From the NCBI RefSeq assembly GCF_004010195.1, contig NC_057718.1, forward strand, positions 101,218,629 to 101,282,628: a stretch of 64,000 bases of DNA, given 5' to 3'. Under the pieces are notes generated by a model that saw nothing but the letters and a program-made list of their open reading frames with translations, made no database searches and was not told the origin of the DNA. The position numbers and the translations under genes are program-made. Positions 12,052 to 24,935 of the stretch are shown one piece after another. Origin of the DNA: Chiloscyllium plagiosum. Lineage: Eukaryota. The first letter of the stretch is position 1. Each line of letters opens with the position of its first letter.

Positions 12052-15000
12052 TTCCTATTCATATACCCATCCAGATGCCTTTTAAATGTTGCAATTGTAC
12101 TGTCCTGCACCACTTCCTCTGACAGCTCATTCCATACACGTACCATCCTCTGCGTGAAAAAGTTGACCCTTAGGTCTCTTTTATATCTTTCCAATCTAAC
12201 CCTAAACCTATGCCCTCTAGTTTTGGACTCCCCCACCCCAGGGAAAAGACTTTGTCTATTTATCCCTATCCATGCCCCTCATGATTTTGTAAACCTCTAT
12301 AAGGTCACCCCTCAGCCTCCAACGCTCCAGGGAAAACAGCCCCAGCCTGTTCAGCCTCTCCCTGTAGCTCAGATCCTCCAACCCTGGCAACATCCTTGTA
12401 AATCTTTTCTGAACCCTTTCAAGATTTGCAACATCTTTCCGATAAGAAGAAGACCAGAATTACACGCAGTATTCCAACAGTGGCCTAACCAATGTCCTGT
12501 ACAGCCGCAACATGACCTCCCAACCCCTGTACTCAATGCTCTGACCAACAAAGGAAACATACCAAACTCTTTCTTCACTATCCTATCTACCTGCGACTCC
12601 ACTTTCAAGGAGCTATGAACCTGCACTCCAAGGTCTCTTTGTTCAGCAACACTCCCTTGTGTATTGATACATGCTCGTGACTGACTAGATATGTTATTCA
12701 ATTAGTATATTGGACAGAGATATGACAGTGCGGACCAGAAAGCAATGGTTGTGTTAGCTTTACTCTTAGCCAAGTAATAACTAACTGAATTGTGAATCCA
12801 GTTTTGTAACATTGTATTGGTTTCCAACTCTGTTGGAAATTCAAGTTGAATATCATCTAAAGATGTAGTGTCACAAGAAAAAGTTTATAGTAATTGGTAC
12901 TTTGAGTACAACTAAATGGAGTTGGGCAGATGAGTGTAATTACCACAACATGATGGAATGCAACTGCTTGGCATTGAGTGCTAACCTGGCAGCGTGGTTG
13001 ATTGATCACATGAATTGACTGAGTTCAACTTTTCAATCATGGGTCAGAATTTCCACAGGTTCTTTCAATCCCATTTTACAATTTGTGAGTACAGTCCCTT
13101 GAGAAACTAGAGTTGTTCCATTGTTTTTGACTTTCACTTTTTCTCTGGCTATTTGTCATCATGGCTGAGGTTATCAGGTAGATTGATGGAACACCCCTCA
13201 GAAGTTCTTGAAGATCACTGTGTAAATTGTGATCCATTTAAGAATGGACAAGAACATGTTCATAAGGTAGAGGAGAGCAGCTGATGCTAACTGAACCAGA
13301 TATTCAAGAGCAGGTTTACCCAAGTAAAGCAAAAAGTAGCCTGGCATTTGTATTGAACTATGAAATTCTAAGAAATATAAGTGAAATTAAAGACCCAATC
13401 TCACCTATTACAGGAGGGCTCTTCAATACTCCCCCTAATCCAGAACCACAAGAATTAGATAAACAATTTCTTCAACTTACTGCATTTCTGTAAAAGAGCT
13501 CTGTTCCAGCACTGTGACACTATTCTGAATTGTTCAGGGAAAAAGATGAGGAGAGGTTTCTTCACCCAGAGAGACAAGTCAGCCCTCATGAATGAATGAG
13601 AAGGAATGATTACAGGATTCAAGTACAGTTAATTATTTCAAAATGTTCTGTTGAGCAGGTTACAGCAGTGACCACTTCGTCTCTCTTTGTAGAAACGTAA
13701 AAAATAGGAGTGGGGATGGCCATTGTATATGATCATGGCAGATCACCCAACTCATTTTCCTGTTCCTGCTTCCTCCCCTCCCCCATACCCTTTAATTCCT
13801 TTTAGCCCTCGGAATTAAATCTATCTCCTTCATGACAGTGTTCCATGTTTTGGCCTCAATAGTACAGGCTGACCTGTAGAATTCTCTGTCACAGAAAACT
13901 GTTGAGGGTAAAACACTGAGCACTTTCAAGAAGGAGAGATTCGTGCTGGACAGATTGACTCCTGCTTCAGTAAATGATGAGTAGTAGTTGATACTTTGAG
14001 ATTTATGAGATGGCAGTAAAACTTAAAAGAATGTTTTGTGTGGAAAACCACTCTCGAGTAATATGGGAAATCATCTTGTCATTATAGTGCAGCAAAGAAT
14101 CTTATCACAGGTAAAAGTTCTGAGTAATTATCACTCTCTAATGTTTGTCAGTAGGTATGCACATTAAGTTGCTAGCAATGGAATCTTCCCTGTTCCTGAA
14201 TAACTAGTCTGAGTGCTTGCAGTATGCCCCACTGATCCAGGAAGACATATTCAAGTCCCTATTTGTTTCCATTGCTTTTACTCACTGCATGCATTAATGA
14301 TGGTTGACCACATGGTGCCTTTAATATTCAATGGGGCTAATTTTATATCCTTGTACTCTATGCCAGATCATTTCAAGTGTAACACAAAAAGGATCCTGGT
14401 AAGTAGCTATTAATGTCATGCACAAAATATGTTCTCTGAAGCTCCGATTGCCAGCAGGTCCCAGGAAATAATAGCGTCCTCGGTTATTCTTCATAAGATC
14501 ATCTCTCACGTTGCATTGTTCAGTTGTTTAATCACTATAATGTGATTGGAATTAGAAAAGTAAGCATGTTTGAAATCAAAATGGTTAGCAGTGCTCTCTT
14601 CCCTTTGCATCCTGTTCAACCTGTTTCTTATTTTACATCATGTTGTCATGGTCAATTCAAAGTTAACATCGCTGCAACATGAAGCATAATTCTTTCAGCG
14701 TAAATCCAGCAATGTAAATCTCTGGGTGCTTTTTTTTGGATTGATGAGAAACATTGCTGCAAAAGGAGTAAAAGGGATGTGTACATTAGCAGTTCCTGGA
14801 TTTCTTCAATCTCTTGCTTCTAATGTAACCAGAGTCGTAGTGTGGTACAGAATGGAAATAGAGCCTTCTGTCGAACTCATCCATGCCAACCAGATATCCT
14901 AAATTAATCTAGACCCATTTGCCAGCACTTGGCCTACATTCCTCAAAACCCTTTCTATTCATTGACCCATCCAGATGCCTTTTAAATGTTGTAATTGTAC

Positions 15001-15172
15001 CAGCCTCCACTACTTCCTCTGGCAACTCATTCCATACACGCACTGTGCTCTGCGTGAAAATGTTGTCCTTTAGATCCCTTTCATATTTTTCCCCTCTCAC
15101 CTTAAACCAATGCCCTCTAGTTCTGGACTCCTCCACCCAGGGAAAAAAACCTTGGCTATTTACCCTAACCCT

Positions 15173-15488
15173 TTAGATTAGATTCTCTACAGTGTGGAAA
15201 CATGCCCTTCGGCCCAACCAGTCCACACGGACACTCCGAAGAGTAACCCACCCAGGCCCATTTCCCTCTAACTAATGCACCTAACACTATGGGCAATTTA
15301 GCATGGCCAATCCACCCTGACCTGCATCTTTGACCAGTGGGAGGAAACTGGAGCACCCGGAGGAAACCCACACAGACACGAGGAGAATGTGCGAACTCCA
15401 CATAGACAGTTGCCCGAGGCTGGAATCAAACCGGGAACCCTGGTGCTGTGAGGCATCAGTGCTAACCACTGAGCCACTGTGTGACCCC
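15173..15488 (-). mobile_element. HE1-type SINE
   Basis: Reverse complement of the 1868-2167 family, full length. Confidence 0.9.
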
Positions 15489-15794
15489 ATGATTTTATTT
15501 CCATGCCCCCTCATGATTTTATAAACCTCTGTAAAGTCACCCCTCAGCCTCCGACACTCCAGGGAAAACAGCACCAGCCTATTCAGCCTCTCCCTAATCG
15601 TCAAACCCTCCAACCTTGCCAACATCCTTGTGATAAGTCTTTTCTGGAGTTTCACACCATCCTTCCTATAGCACGGAGACTAGTATCGAATGCAGTACTC
15701 CAAAGGTGGCCTAACTAATGTACTGTACAACCGTAGTATAACCTCCCAACTCCTGTACTCAATACACTGACAAATAAAGGCAAGTATACCAAAT

Positions 15795-16013
15795 CTGAAA
15801 CTTTATTGCTGGAACAGCACAGCAGGTCAGGCAGCATCTAGGGAACAGAAGATTCGACGTTTCGGGCACATGCCCTTCTGCATTCGTGAAGAAGGGCATG
15901 TGCCCGAAACGTCGAATCTTCTGTTCCCTAGATGCTGCCTGACCTGCTGTGCTGTTCCAGCAATAAAGTTTCAGCTTTGATCTCCAGCGTCTGCAGACCT
16001 CACTTTCTCCTTG
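15795..16013 (+). mobile_element. PLE fold-back mini-element, family A3
   Basis: Near-perfect arms ctgaaactttattgctgg / ccagcaataaagtttcag; 13-bp TSD aagtataccaaat at 15782-15794 and 16014-16026. Confidence 0.9.
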
Positions 16014-16630
16014 AAGTATACCAAATGCCTTCTTCACTATCCTATCTACTTCTGACTCCACTTTCCTGGACTTTCGCGCAAACAGCTAAAAATGTGACAA
16101 TTGTCTTTTAAGTCTATATTCTGATAAGAAAATAACATGAGAAAGGTGTGCTTTCTTTCACTGGAGCTAACTATGTGAATGAACGTGAATACTATAGCAG
16201 TGAGCCTCTGCAGTTAAACATTTTTTTGTTATTCGTTCATGGGATGAGGGCATCGCTGGCTGGCCCAGCATTTATTACCCATCCCTAATTGCTCTTGAGA
16301 AGGTGATGGTGAGCTGTCGTCTTGAACTGCTGTAGTTCATTTACTGTCTGTAGATCTACGATGCTATTAGAAGGGGATATTCTTGTTTAGTAAGTAGGAG
16401 CTCACTCTTCGCTTTTGTTTCATTCGCCAAGAATGGCCAGCAGTATGTTCAAGGAAGAGATTGACAAACTTTTAAAGTTTAAAGGAGTGAAGGGGGTATG
16501 GGGAGAAAATAGGGATTTCATGGCATTTATTGGATGATCACATTGAAGGACCGAATGACCTAATCCTAGTTTCAGTATTTCTAAGTATATTATCTTCCAG
16601 GCTCTAAGGAAACAATAATTAAAATAAATA

Positions 16631-16941
16631 GGCACGGTGGTTCAGTGCTTAGCACTGATGCCTCACAGCAACAGGGACCCAGGTTCGATTCCAGCCTCGA
16701 GTGACTGTGTGTGTGCAGTTTGCAAGTACTCCCCGTGTCTGCTTGGGTTTCCTCCGGGTGCTCCGGTTTCCGCCCACAGTCCAAAGATGTGCAGGTTAGG
16801 GTGGATTGGCCATGGAAAATTGCCCATAGTGTTAGGTACATTAGTCAGAGGGAAATGAGTCTGGGTGAGTTACTCTTCGGAGGGTCGGTGTGGACATGTT
16901 GGGCCGAAGAGCGTGTTTCCACATTGTAGGGGAATCTAATC
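16631..16941 (+). mobile_element. HE1-type SINE
   Basis: ggcacggtggttcagtg...ggttcgattcc...gtaggggaatctaatc. Confidence 0.9.
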
Positions 16942-16965
16942 TTGAATCTAAACAGGGATGAAATA

Positions 16966-17443
16966 CAGCAAACCTTGTTTTAACCAGCACTCTCGATGAA
17001 GTGGCAAAAATTATATACCTCAAATGCTGGGAAGGTTTACTGCTTTATTCTGTCAACTTATCACAGATTTTTAAAATTTATTTACCTCAATGTAAGTGTA
17101 CTTATTCAATCGAACGGCCACGTGAAATATCAACAGTTGATTCAATTTTGAGTCAACCTTTCCCCAAATACCACAATCTACTGCAATTTCTGAGTAATCA
17201 GCTGAGGGTGTGAGTGAGAAAACTGTCTGCTGGTAAGTTTTATTTAAGGCAAAGTTGTGTTATTGTTTAAGTGACTTATGCTGTAAATAAACTCTAGCAG
17301 TGATGTGTATACCCCCTGCATTATGTTTCTATTACTTAGTATGTGATTTAACATTGATGATGTGAACCTCTTGATTATCTGGAACATTTGATCAATCAGC
17401 ACAGTCCTGGTCCCAGAAGGGCCAGTGAGTAAAAGGTTTGCTG
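16966..17443. mobile_element. Tc1/mariner (Tigger-like) MITE
   Basis: TA-cagcaaacctt ... aaggtttgctg-TA terminal inverted repeats with TA flanks. Confidence 0.6.
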
Positions 17444-17799
17444 TATTTCACGCATTGTAGATATAGCTAAGAAACTACCTAGGCACTAAGTTGTGATGGT
17501 GTTAGACTGACTGGATTCCTCTTCAAAGAATTGACACTGATTCAGTGACAAATAGCCTCATTGCACACAGTCCATTATGTATTTCTGTTGTAAATGCTTA
17601 GCCAGAGGTGGTAAAATATTCAGGGTTCGTCATGGGCCACTGCATCCCACAAGATGTAAATAAAAGCATCTTCAAACACTGTAATCAAATTCTGCTCATT
17701 CCTGCAAGTTAGTTCACACGGGAAAATATTAATGAATAATATACAGTTACTTTCTAATCAACCTGTTCAGAGATATAATTACACACCTCTGGAGTAGGT

Positions 17800-18034
17800 C
17801 AGAAGTCACACGACACCAGGTTATAGCCCAACAAGTTTATTTGAAATCACAAGCTTTCAGAGCGCTGCCCCTTTGTCCAGTGAAGTGAATTTATAGGTGG
17901 AGAGATCTTTGCAAGATAATTCTGAGTAATTAAGAGTGTCAAAAGATAAATACAAATGGTGTGACTGGAGTGTTGACAGGCTGAATAACCTGCTGGACTA
18001 TAACCTGGTGACGTGTGAGTTTGTCCACCCCAAT
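17800..18034 (+). mobile_element. PLE fold-back element, family B variant
   Basis: caccaggttatag / ctataacctggtg arms; near-TSD cctctgg(a/t)gtaggt at 17786-17799 and 18035-18048. Confidence 0.75.
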
Positions 18035-18559
18035 CCTCTGGTGTAGGTAGGATTTGAACCCAGGCTTCCTGACTCAGAGATATGGACACTACCACTATGC
18101 CACAAGAGCACCCCATGAATGATGCATATGGTGTGTGTAATATGCCAGAATTGCCAGTGGTAATCAGAGGAATAATCAAAATCCTGCAGTAACAGCTGAG
18201 GATTGTTGCTTCCACGTCACTATATTTTGACTGATATATAAAATGTAAATTTGAGTCTTTTATTTCTCAAACACGATGATGTGATCCTTCCACCACAATC
18301 CCTTAAATTAAACAATCAGGTCTTAATTGCTGTTTTGCAACTGAATGTAAAGGAAAACGGTTTATCCAGATGGTTTTTGAGCAAGGAAAGACTGAGGAAG
18401 TGTTTGGTTTCTGTGGTTGGAGATAATGGAAGTATTGAGGTTAGAGAAAACAAGTAGGATCCATCTTTCAATAGAATACTGTACTGCAGGATGGGATAGG
18501 CATCCTTGGAAGGCAGCAGTTTGCTAAGGATGAATAATTATTGGATTGTAATTAAAGGA

Positions 18560-18890
18560 AAAATATGTGTTATGTTGCACCTTTCATAACCTCGGGACAT
18601 CTTAAAGTGTTTTTACTGCCAATGAAGTGTAAAAACTGTTGTAATTGTTGTTAGGAAACATTGCAGCCAGTCTGCATGCACTAAGCTCCAACAAAGAGCA
18701 GTGTTTCAGTGATAAGAATTGGAGGTCAAACATTGGTCAGGGCACCAGAGTGTGGCTGCCTGTAGTTCTTCAGTATAATGGTGATGGAGTCATTTATGTC
18801 CATCTGAGAGGGCAGACAGATCTCAGTTTAACATCTAGCAAAGACACTGCAGCTCTCCCTCCTGGACCCTGCGTATTGCACTGAGTTATG
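18560..18890 (-). mobile_element. Deu-domain SINE, SacSINE1/AmnSINE1-like (also ~25690-25940, ~32810-33290, ~37810-38040, ~51580-51850 on plus)
   Basis: Degenerate match to the Deu domain (gagggagtgctgc...gttaaac...ctctcagatggac) and an L2-like tail. Confidence 0.55.
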
Positions 18891-19354
18891 GCCAGCAGAT
18901 CAATGCCATTGATCAATAGTTGATTGCAGTAAGAATGAGGGGAGCTTTAGAAGGTTGCTGCTACCTGCTGATAAAAATTGCAATAATACAACTGGGTTGT
19001 TGCGGGCAGAAAGCAAGCCATTTTCTGAAATATGCCATTCTCTCTTCAATTGGCATTGTTTGTTTGAGGCTTGGGAGCTGATGGGCTGCTGAATTAAAAT
19101 GCAACATACCGTGGGCAATGTGAAGCAAAGGTTTAGGAAGAGAGGGTGTGCATTTGGTGATCTGTGAGGAATCCTCCACAGAAGAAGGAACAATGCCCTT
19201 TTATCGAGGGGAAAGATTAGAGACCTATGGGGCAGCTTTTTCACACAGAGGGTGGCACGTGTATGGGTTGGACCGGAGGGTCTGTTTCCATGCTGTTCAT
19301 CTCTATGACTCTATCTGCTTACGCACTTTACACACTTCAGGATTTAACATTGAG

Positions 19355-19670
19355 TTGACCATACAATGTGGAAGCAGGCCATTCGGCCCATTGAGTGCAC
19401 ACTGATCCTCCGAAGAGCATCCCAGACCCACTCCTCTACCCCATCCCTGTAACCCTGCATTTCCCATGGCTAATCTACCTGGCCTGCACATCCCTGGACA
19501 CTGTAGGTAATTTAGCATGGTCAATCTACCCTAACCTGCACATCTTTGGACTGTGGGAAGAAACTGGAGCACCTGGAGAAAACCTAAGTAGTCACAGTGG
19601 AGAAGTGCAAACTCCACACAGACTGGAATTAACTCCACGTCCCTGGCACTGTGAGGTAGCAGTGCTAACC
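19355..19670 (-). mobile_element. HE1-type SINE variant
   Basis: V-domain gtgcaaactccacaca and tRNA head gcagtgctaacca. Confidence 0.8.
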
Positions 19671-19674
19671 AGGA

Positions 19675-19920
19675 AGTATAGAGGAGCTGAATATTATTAA
19701 AATAGAGAAAGACTGCAGAAAGGTACAATACAGAGGGATATTGCAGTTCTCATGGATAAATCACAAAAAGTGAGCATTGAAGCTCAGGAAAGGCAAATGG
19801 AATGTTAGCCGTTATTTCAGAATCAATGGAGTATAAAAGTCGGATGGGTTTTGTTAAAACTAGTCAAGGCACTAACCAGATCACAGCTGGAATGCTGTGA
19901 GCAATTTGGGTCCAGTATTG
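19675..19920 (+). mobile_element. Old CR1 ORF2 fragment
   Basis: Similar to 60155-60390 (gaggagctgaatattatt, aaggcaaatggaatgtt). Confidence 0.65.
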
Positions 19921-20013
19921 TTCAGCTGAAATTTGCCTCAGGTTCTTTAAGGTCTGATCAAAATGATTGTAGCTAATTTACTGGGCTAAAATACTTAATA
20001 CGTATATGAATTA

Positions 20014-20154
20014 AGTCAGAAGTCACATGACACCAGGTTTTAGTCCAACAGGTTTTTTTGAAATCACAAGCTTTTGGAGCACTATCCCTTCATCAGCTGA
20101 AGACGATAACCTGGTGTCATGTGACTTCTGACTTTGTCCACGCCAGTCCATAGG
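20014..20154 (+). mobile_element. PLE fold-back element, family B variant
   Basis: agtcagaagtcacatgacaccagg / cctggtgtcatgtgacttctgact; 9-bp TSD tatgaatta at 20005-20013 and 20155-20163. Confidence 0.8.
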
Positions 20155-20399
20155 TATGAATTATGCTTGCTAGTTTATATTACCAATACATATCTATTAT
20201 AAAGTTATATAGTTCGGTTAAACAATGAGATAAACAAGTGAATCTCATGCTGCCTTCTACCTACTGGGGACGTTATAGGTTACGGTAGTACTTGGACGGA
20301 GATCTGAGGTTCCGTGGCACAGGTCTCGTGAACTCCGATGGTGAAAGTCCGATGAGTGGGGTAAAGTTCCCGATATGAATACTGATCTTAATCTAAGGT

Positions 20400-21765
20400 T
20401 ATAGAGTCATAGAGACGTACAGCATGGAAACAGACTCTTCGGTCCAACCTGTCCAAGCCGACGAGATATCCCAGCCCAATCTAGTCCCACCTGCCAGCAC
20501 CCGGCTCATATCCCTCCAAACCCTTCCTATTCATATACCCATCCAAATGCCTCTTAAATGTTGCAATTGTACCAGACTCCACCACATCCTCTGGCAGCTC
20601 ATTCCATACACGTACCATCCTCTGCGTGAAAAGGTTGCCCGTAGNNNNNNNNNNNNNNNNNNNNNNNNNNNNNNNNNNNNNNNNNNNNNNNNNNNNNNNN
20701 NNNNNNNNNNNNNNNNNNNNNNNNNNNNNNNNNNNNNNNNNNNNNNNNNNNNNNNNNNNNNNNNNNNNNNNNNNNNNNNNNNNNNNNNNNNNNNNNNNNN
20801 NNNNNNNNNNNNNNNNNNNNNNNNNNNNNNNNNNNNNNNNNNNNNNNNNNNNNNNNNNNNNNNNNNNNNNNNNNNNNNNNNNNNNNNNNNNNNNNNNNNN
20901 NNNNNNNNNNNNNNNNNNNNNNNNNNNNNNNNNNNNNNNNNNNNNNNNNNNNNNNNNNNNNNNNNNNNNNNNNNNNNNNNNNNNNNNNNNNNNNNNNNNN
21001 NNNNNNNNNNNNNNNNNNNNNNNNNNNNNNNNNNNNNNNNNNNNNNNNNNNNNNNNNNNNNNNNNNNNNNNNNNNNNNNNNNNNNNNNNNNNNNNNNNNN
21101 NNNNNNNNNNNNNNNNNNNNNNNNNNNNNNNNNNNNNNNNNNNNNNNNNNNNNNNNNNNNNNNNNNNNNNNNNNNNNNNNNNNNNNNNNNNNNNNNNNNN
21201 NNNNNNNNNNNNNNNNNNNNNNNNNNNNNNNNNNNNNNNNNNNNNNNNNNNNNNNNNNNNNNNNNNNNNNNNNNNNNNNNNNNNNNNNNNNNNNNNNNNN
21301 NNNNNNNNNNNNNNNNNNNNNNNNNNNNNNNNNNNNNNNNNNNNNNNNNNNNNNNNNNNNNNNNNNNNNNNNNNNNNNGGGAACCTTGTTGAACGCCTTA
21401 CTGAAGTTCAATATAGATCACATCTACTGCTCTGCCCTCATCAATCTTCTTTTTACTTCTTCAAAAAACTCAATCAAGTTTGTGAGACATGATTTCCCAT
21501 GCACAAAGCCATGTTGACTATCCTGAATCAGTCCTTGTCTTTCCAAATACATGTACATCCTGTCCCTCAGGATTCCTTCCAACAACTTGCCCACCACTGA
21601 GGTCAGGCTCAGTGGTCTATAGTTCCCTGACTTATCTTTATCGCCCTTCTTAGACAGTGGCACCACGTTTGCCAACCTCCAGTCTTCCGGTACCTCACCT
21701 GTGACTATCGATGATACAAATATCTCAGCAAGAGGCCCAGCAATCACTTCTCTAGCTTCCCACAG
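20400..21765 (-). mobile_element. CR1 LINE (RT start to 3' end) spanning an assembly gap
   Basis: GEVPEDWRLANVVPL..GNYRPLSLTSVVGKLLE..SQHGF..KSCLTNLIEFFE, FSKAFNKVP; 3' tail at 20400. Confidence 0.95.
20645..21378. other. Assembly gap (N run)
   Basis: Visible directly. Confidence 1.
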
Positions 21766-22074
21766 AATCCCTATTTTGTCATAACTTCAGTGTTTTCCCA
21801 GCTCTCAAAAAATAGGTGGAAGACAATACGTGGTGGCTTCATTGACTGCACAATTGGATCGTTCCCACTGGCACTCAAGGTCAGACAGCTCCTCCCACCC
21901 TGTCAAACAGGCTGGTTTTGCATTCGGCCTATCTTTCATATACTTTTCCACTTTACTTCAATTGCTCATTGTCACGTTCAATTAACCCTTAACGATTCTC
22001 CCCTAATAGTCTCGTTTGAAAATATCATTTTTTAAGGCCAACACCACAGGCCTGTTATCTGTGGAAAGATACAC

Positions 22075-22740
22075 TGGAATTGGAGCCAGTCCAGAGAAGC
22101 TGATGTCACGTATAGAGGGATTGTCTTATGAGGAGAGATTGAGTAGTTTGGGCCTGTACTTATTGAGTTTAGCAGAAGCAACCTAATTGAAACACACAAA
22201 ATTCTTCGGGGGCTTGACAGTGTAGATGCTGAAAGGTTGTTTCCCCTTGAGCGAGAGTCCAGGAACACATGACATAATCCACTTATGACAGAGATGAGGA
22301 ATTTCTTCTCTCAGAGGGGAGTGATTCTGTGGAATTTTTAACCACAGAGGGCTGTCGAGGCTGGGTCAGTATTCAAGGCTGAGATGAAACAGATTTTTAA
22401 TCAGGAAGGGAATCAAGGGTTAGGGGGAAAAGGGCAGGAAGGTGGAATTGTGGATTGTCAGATCAGCTGTGATGTCATTGAATGGGAGAGCAGACTCGAT
22501 GGGCTGAATGTGCGAGGAACGTTTTGTTTTACACAGAGGCTGGGAGGTGCCTGGGAGATGCTGCCGGGGGAGGTGGTGGAAGCAGATAGGATGGCAATAT
22601 TTAAGCAGCATTTTGGCAGGCACATGACCAGGCAGGGAATAGAGGGATATGGACCACGTGTAGGGAGATGGGATTAGTTTAGAATATCACCATGGACAGC
22701 ACAGACATGATGGAATGGAGAGCCTTTTCTTGTGCTGCAG
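22075..22740 (+). mobile_element. Two adjacent CR1 3' fragments
   Basis: gaggaatttcttctctcagagg; FTQRLGGAWEMLPGEVVEA, FKQHFGRHM. Confidence 0.8.
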
Positions 22741-23624
22741 TGTTTCTGTTTCTGTCATTGAGCGTGATGAAGCACTTCCGGTCTGCTTCGTACAGCTGGA
22801 TCACCACTGGATCCCTGATCCTGGAGCTCTGTGTTCTTGTACATCCTTTGTTTACACTCATGTGGTGCAATGACAAAGGGCTGCAGGCCTCAGCTCTATA
22901 GTTGGTGTGGGCAGCACTGTGTGGTAATGAACATTCCTCTGGCTTGAGGTTAGCAGCAGTTCATTGCCATTAAAATGGTGATTAGGAGTCCTTGCATATC
23001 TATCATTCATGCACAGGGTTCTCCCTTGAAAAGACGAGGGCCTGTCTGAAGTGGGAAAAGCTGCCACATCCTTAAAACCGGGTTTTTTGTCATCACAGTG
23101 CCTTTCTAATGCAAGGTGCTTCTCATTCTGTAACTCCAGAGATTGTCATTCCTTTATACCTCAGCACTGGATCTGTCAGCCTTGGCCCACTATCACCATT
23201 GGGACCTGTGTCTTTGTGACCTCCTGACAGAGAGGAGAAGGTCAACCCAGTGGATGTGACAGGTCTGCTGGAATAAAGCCAGTGGCCTAAAAGGTAGGGG
23301 TGACCTTGGCAGCTGCAGACAGCACTTTCTGTGCCCTAGTTGGAAGTTTGAGTTATGGATCTTGACAAGCCACAAATCAGAGCATGAATGTTGTCCTGAA
23401 GTTTGATTTCAGCCCTGCTGCTATTTTTTGTTTCTATCCTGGTTGATTATGCTCTTAGCATTGCTGACCCATTTGTAACTATCATTAACACCTATTTTAC
23501 ATCTCAATCACTCCCTTACCACCATTAGTACTCCTTTTTTCTATTTGCTTTGTGAACCTTTGCCATCTGTTCCATTTGCTGCTCCTCCCTCTCTGTCAAC
23601 AACACAAAAGAATATCGTTTTCAG

Positions 23625-23770
23625 CCCTGTTTAGCCCAGAAGAAGAGGCCTAATGGAGTTGAAATGTTAACTCCGTTTCTCTCTCCACAGATGCTGCTAG
23701 ATCTGCTGCTGTTTCTCCAGCATTTACTGTTTTATTTCAGATTTCCAACATGCAGTGTGTTTTGGTTTGA
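23625..23770 (+). mobile_element. PLE family C arm, degraded (similar arms ~24185-24360, ~28150-28255, ~33093-33197, ~45580-45655, ~46660-46785, ~47650-47760)
   Basis: gaaatgttaactc..ttctctctccacagatgctgc motif. Confidence 0.65.
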
Positions 23771-23884
23771 TTATGACAAAGAGTTGTTGACCAGGGTGTC
23801 TCAAAGATTCAGGCTTGGATACTCCCTAAGGTCACTCTTTCATTAGCTCCTAAAAGACTCACTGTGGGTTCGTCCCTTGCTCCA

Positions 23885-24097
23885 TAGAATTATAGAGATG
23901 TACAGCACAGTAACAGACCTTTCGGTCCAACTTGTTCATGCCAACCAGACTCCTAACCTAATCTAGTCCCATTTACCAGCACTTGGCCCATATCCCTCTA
24001 AACCCTTTCTATTCATATACCCATCCAGATGCCTTTTAAATGTTGTAATTGTACCAGCCGCCTCCACTTCCTCTGGCAGCTCATTCCATACACGCAT
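23885..24097 (-). mobile_element. CR1 3' end
   Basis: VWNELPEEVEAAGTITTFKRHLDGYMNRKG. Confidence 0.9.
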
Positions 24098-24619
24098 TCC
24101 ACTGTCTCCATTCCAAGACTGCGTCATGTTCCCTTTTCCCTGGCTCAAAGTTACCCTTACCAGACTACCCCAGTACAACTCTTTAAATAAAACCAAGAAC
24201 TGCGGCTGCCAGAAATCTGAAACAAAACTGGAAAGTGCTGGCAGCACCTGTGGAGGCAGAGAAACATACTTAATATTTTGAGTCCAGTGACCCTTAATCA
24301 GACCTACCTTCAATGGACCTGAAATGTTGATTGTACTTTCTCTTCACAGTTGCTGCCAGAGAATTGTTTAAATGGCAGTAAAGACAAAGTTCCGTCCTGA
24401 AATAGCTACCTCTCAGATTTAACATACAAGCACACAGAATAGGAGTGGGAGTGTCAGCCTTGTGTCAGTTCTGCCATTTAATGAGATCATGCCTTCAAAC
24501 CCTGCCTACCCCTGATTTTCTTTTACTCCCTTGTTAGTAAAGAATTTATCAAACATGCGTGCCTTTAAAATATTCATGAACCCCACCTCCCCTACTCTTT
24601 GGGAGAATTCTGTCTTCGG

Positions 24620-24935
24620 GAGATAATGACCTGGTGATATTATTGCTAGACCATTGATCCAGCGCCCATCTGATGATCCAGGTTTGAATCCCCTCATGGC
24701 AGATGGTGGAATTTGAATTCAATAAAAACAAAACTGGAATTAAGATTCTAATAATGACCATGAATTATCGCTGATTGTCAGAGAAACCCATCTGGTTCAC
24801 TGATGTCCCGGAGGGCAGGAAATCTGCTGTTCTTATCTCATCTGGCCTACCTGAGACTCCAGATCCACAGCAATGTGGTTGTCTCTGAGCAATGAACCCT
24901 GACCAGACAGCGATGCCCATATCCTGTGAAAGAAT
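24620..24935 (+). mobile_element. tRNA-derived SINE with L2-like tail (also ~37575-37790 plus, ~39958-40300 minus, ~61080-61350 minus)
   Basis: B-box ggtttgaatcc, atggcagatggtggaatttgaattcaat, ccatctggttcactgatgtcc, gatgcccatatcc tail. Confidence 0.65.

Larger units (their letters stand above)
11556..12660 (-). mobile_element. CR1 ORF2 3' ~0.75 kb, interrupted by a PLE insert
   Basis: DLGVQVHSSLKVESQVDRIVKK, GESKTRGHRFRVR, FFTQRMVRVWNEL; ctctatgactcta tail. Confidence 0.95.
14830..16065 (-). mobile_element. CR1 3' fragment with nested HE1 SINE and PLE hairpin
   Basis: EESRTRGHWFKVRGE, FTQSTVRVWNELPEEVV, LFSLECRRLRGD, ESEVDRIVKKAFG. Confidence 0.9.

Noticed and set aside
20424..21492. Long ORFs of 270-322 aa
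   Set aside because: Artefacts of translating through the N gap inside a CR1 element
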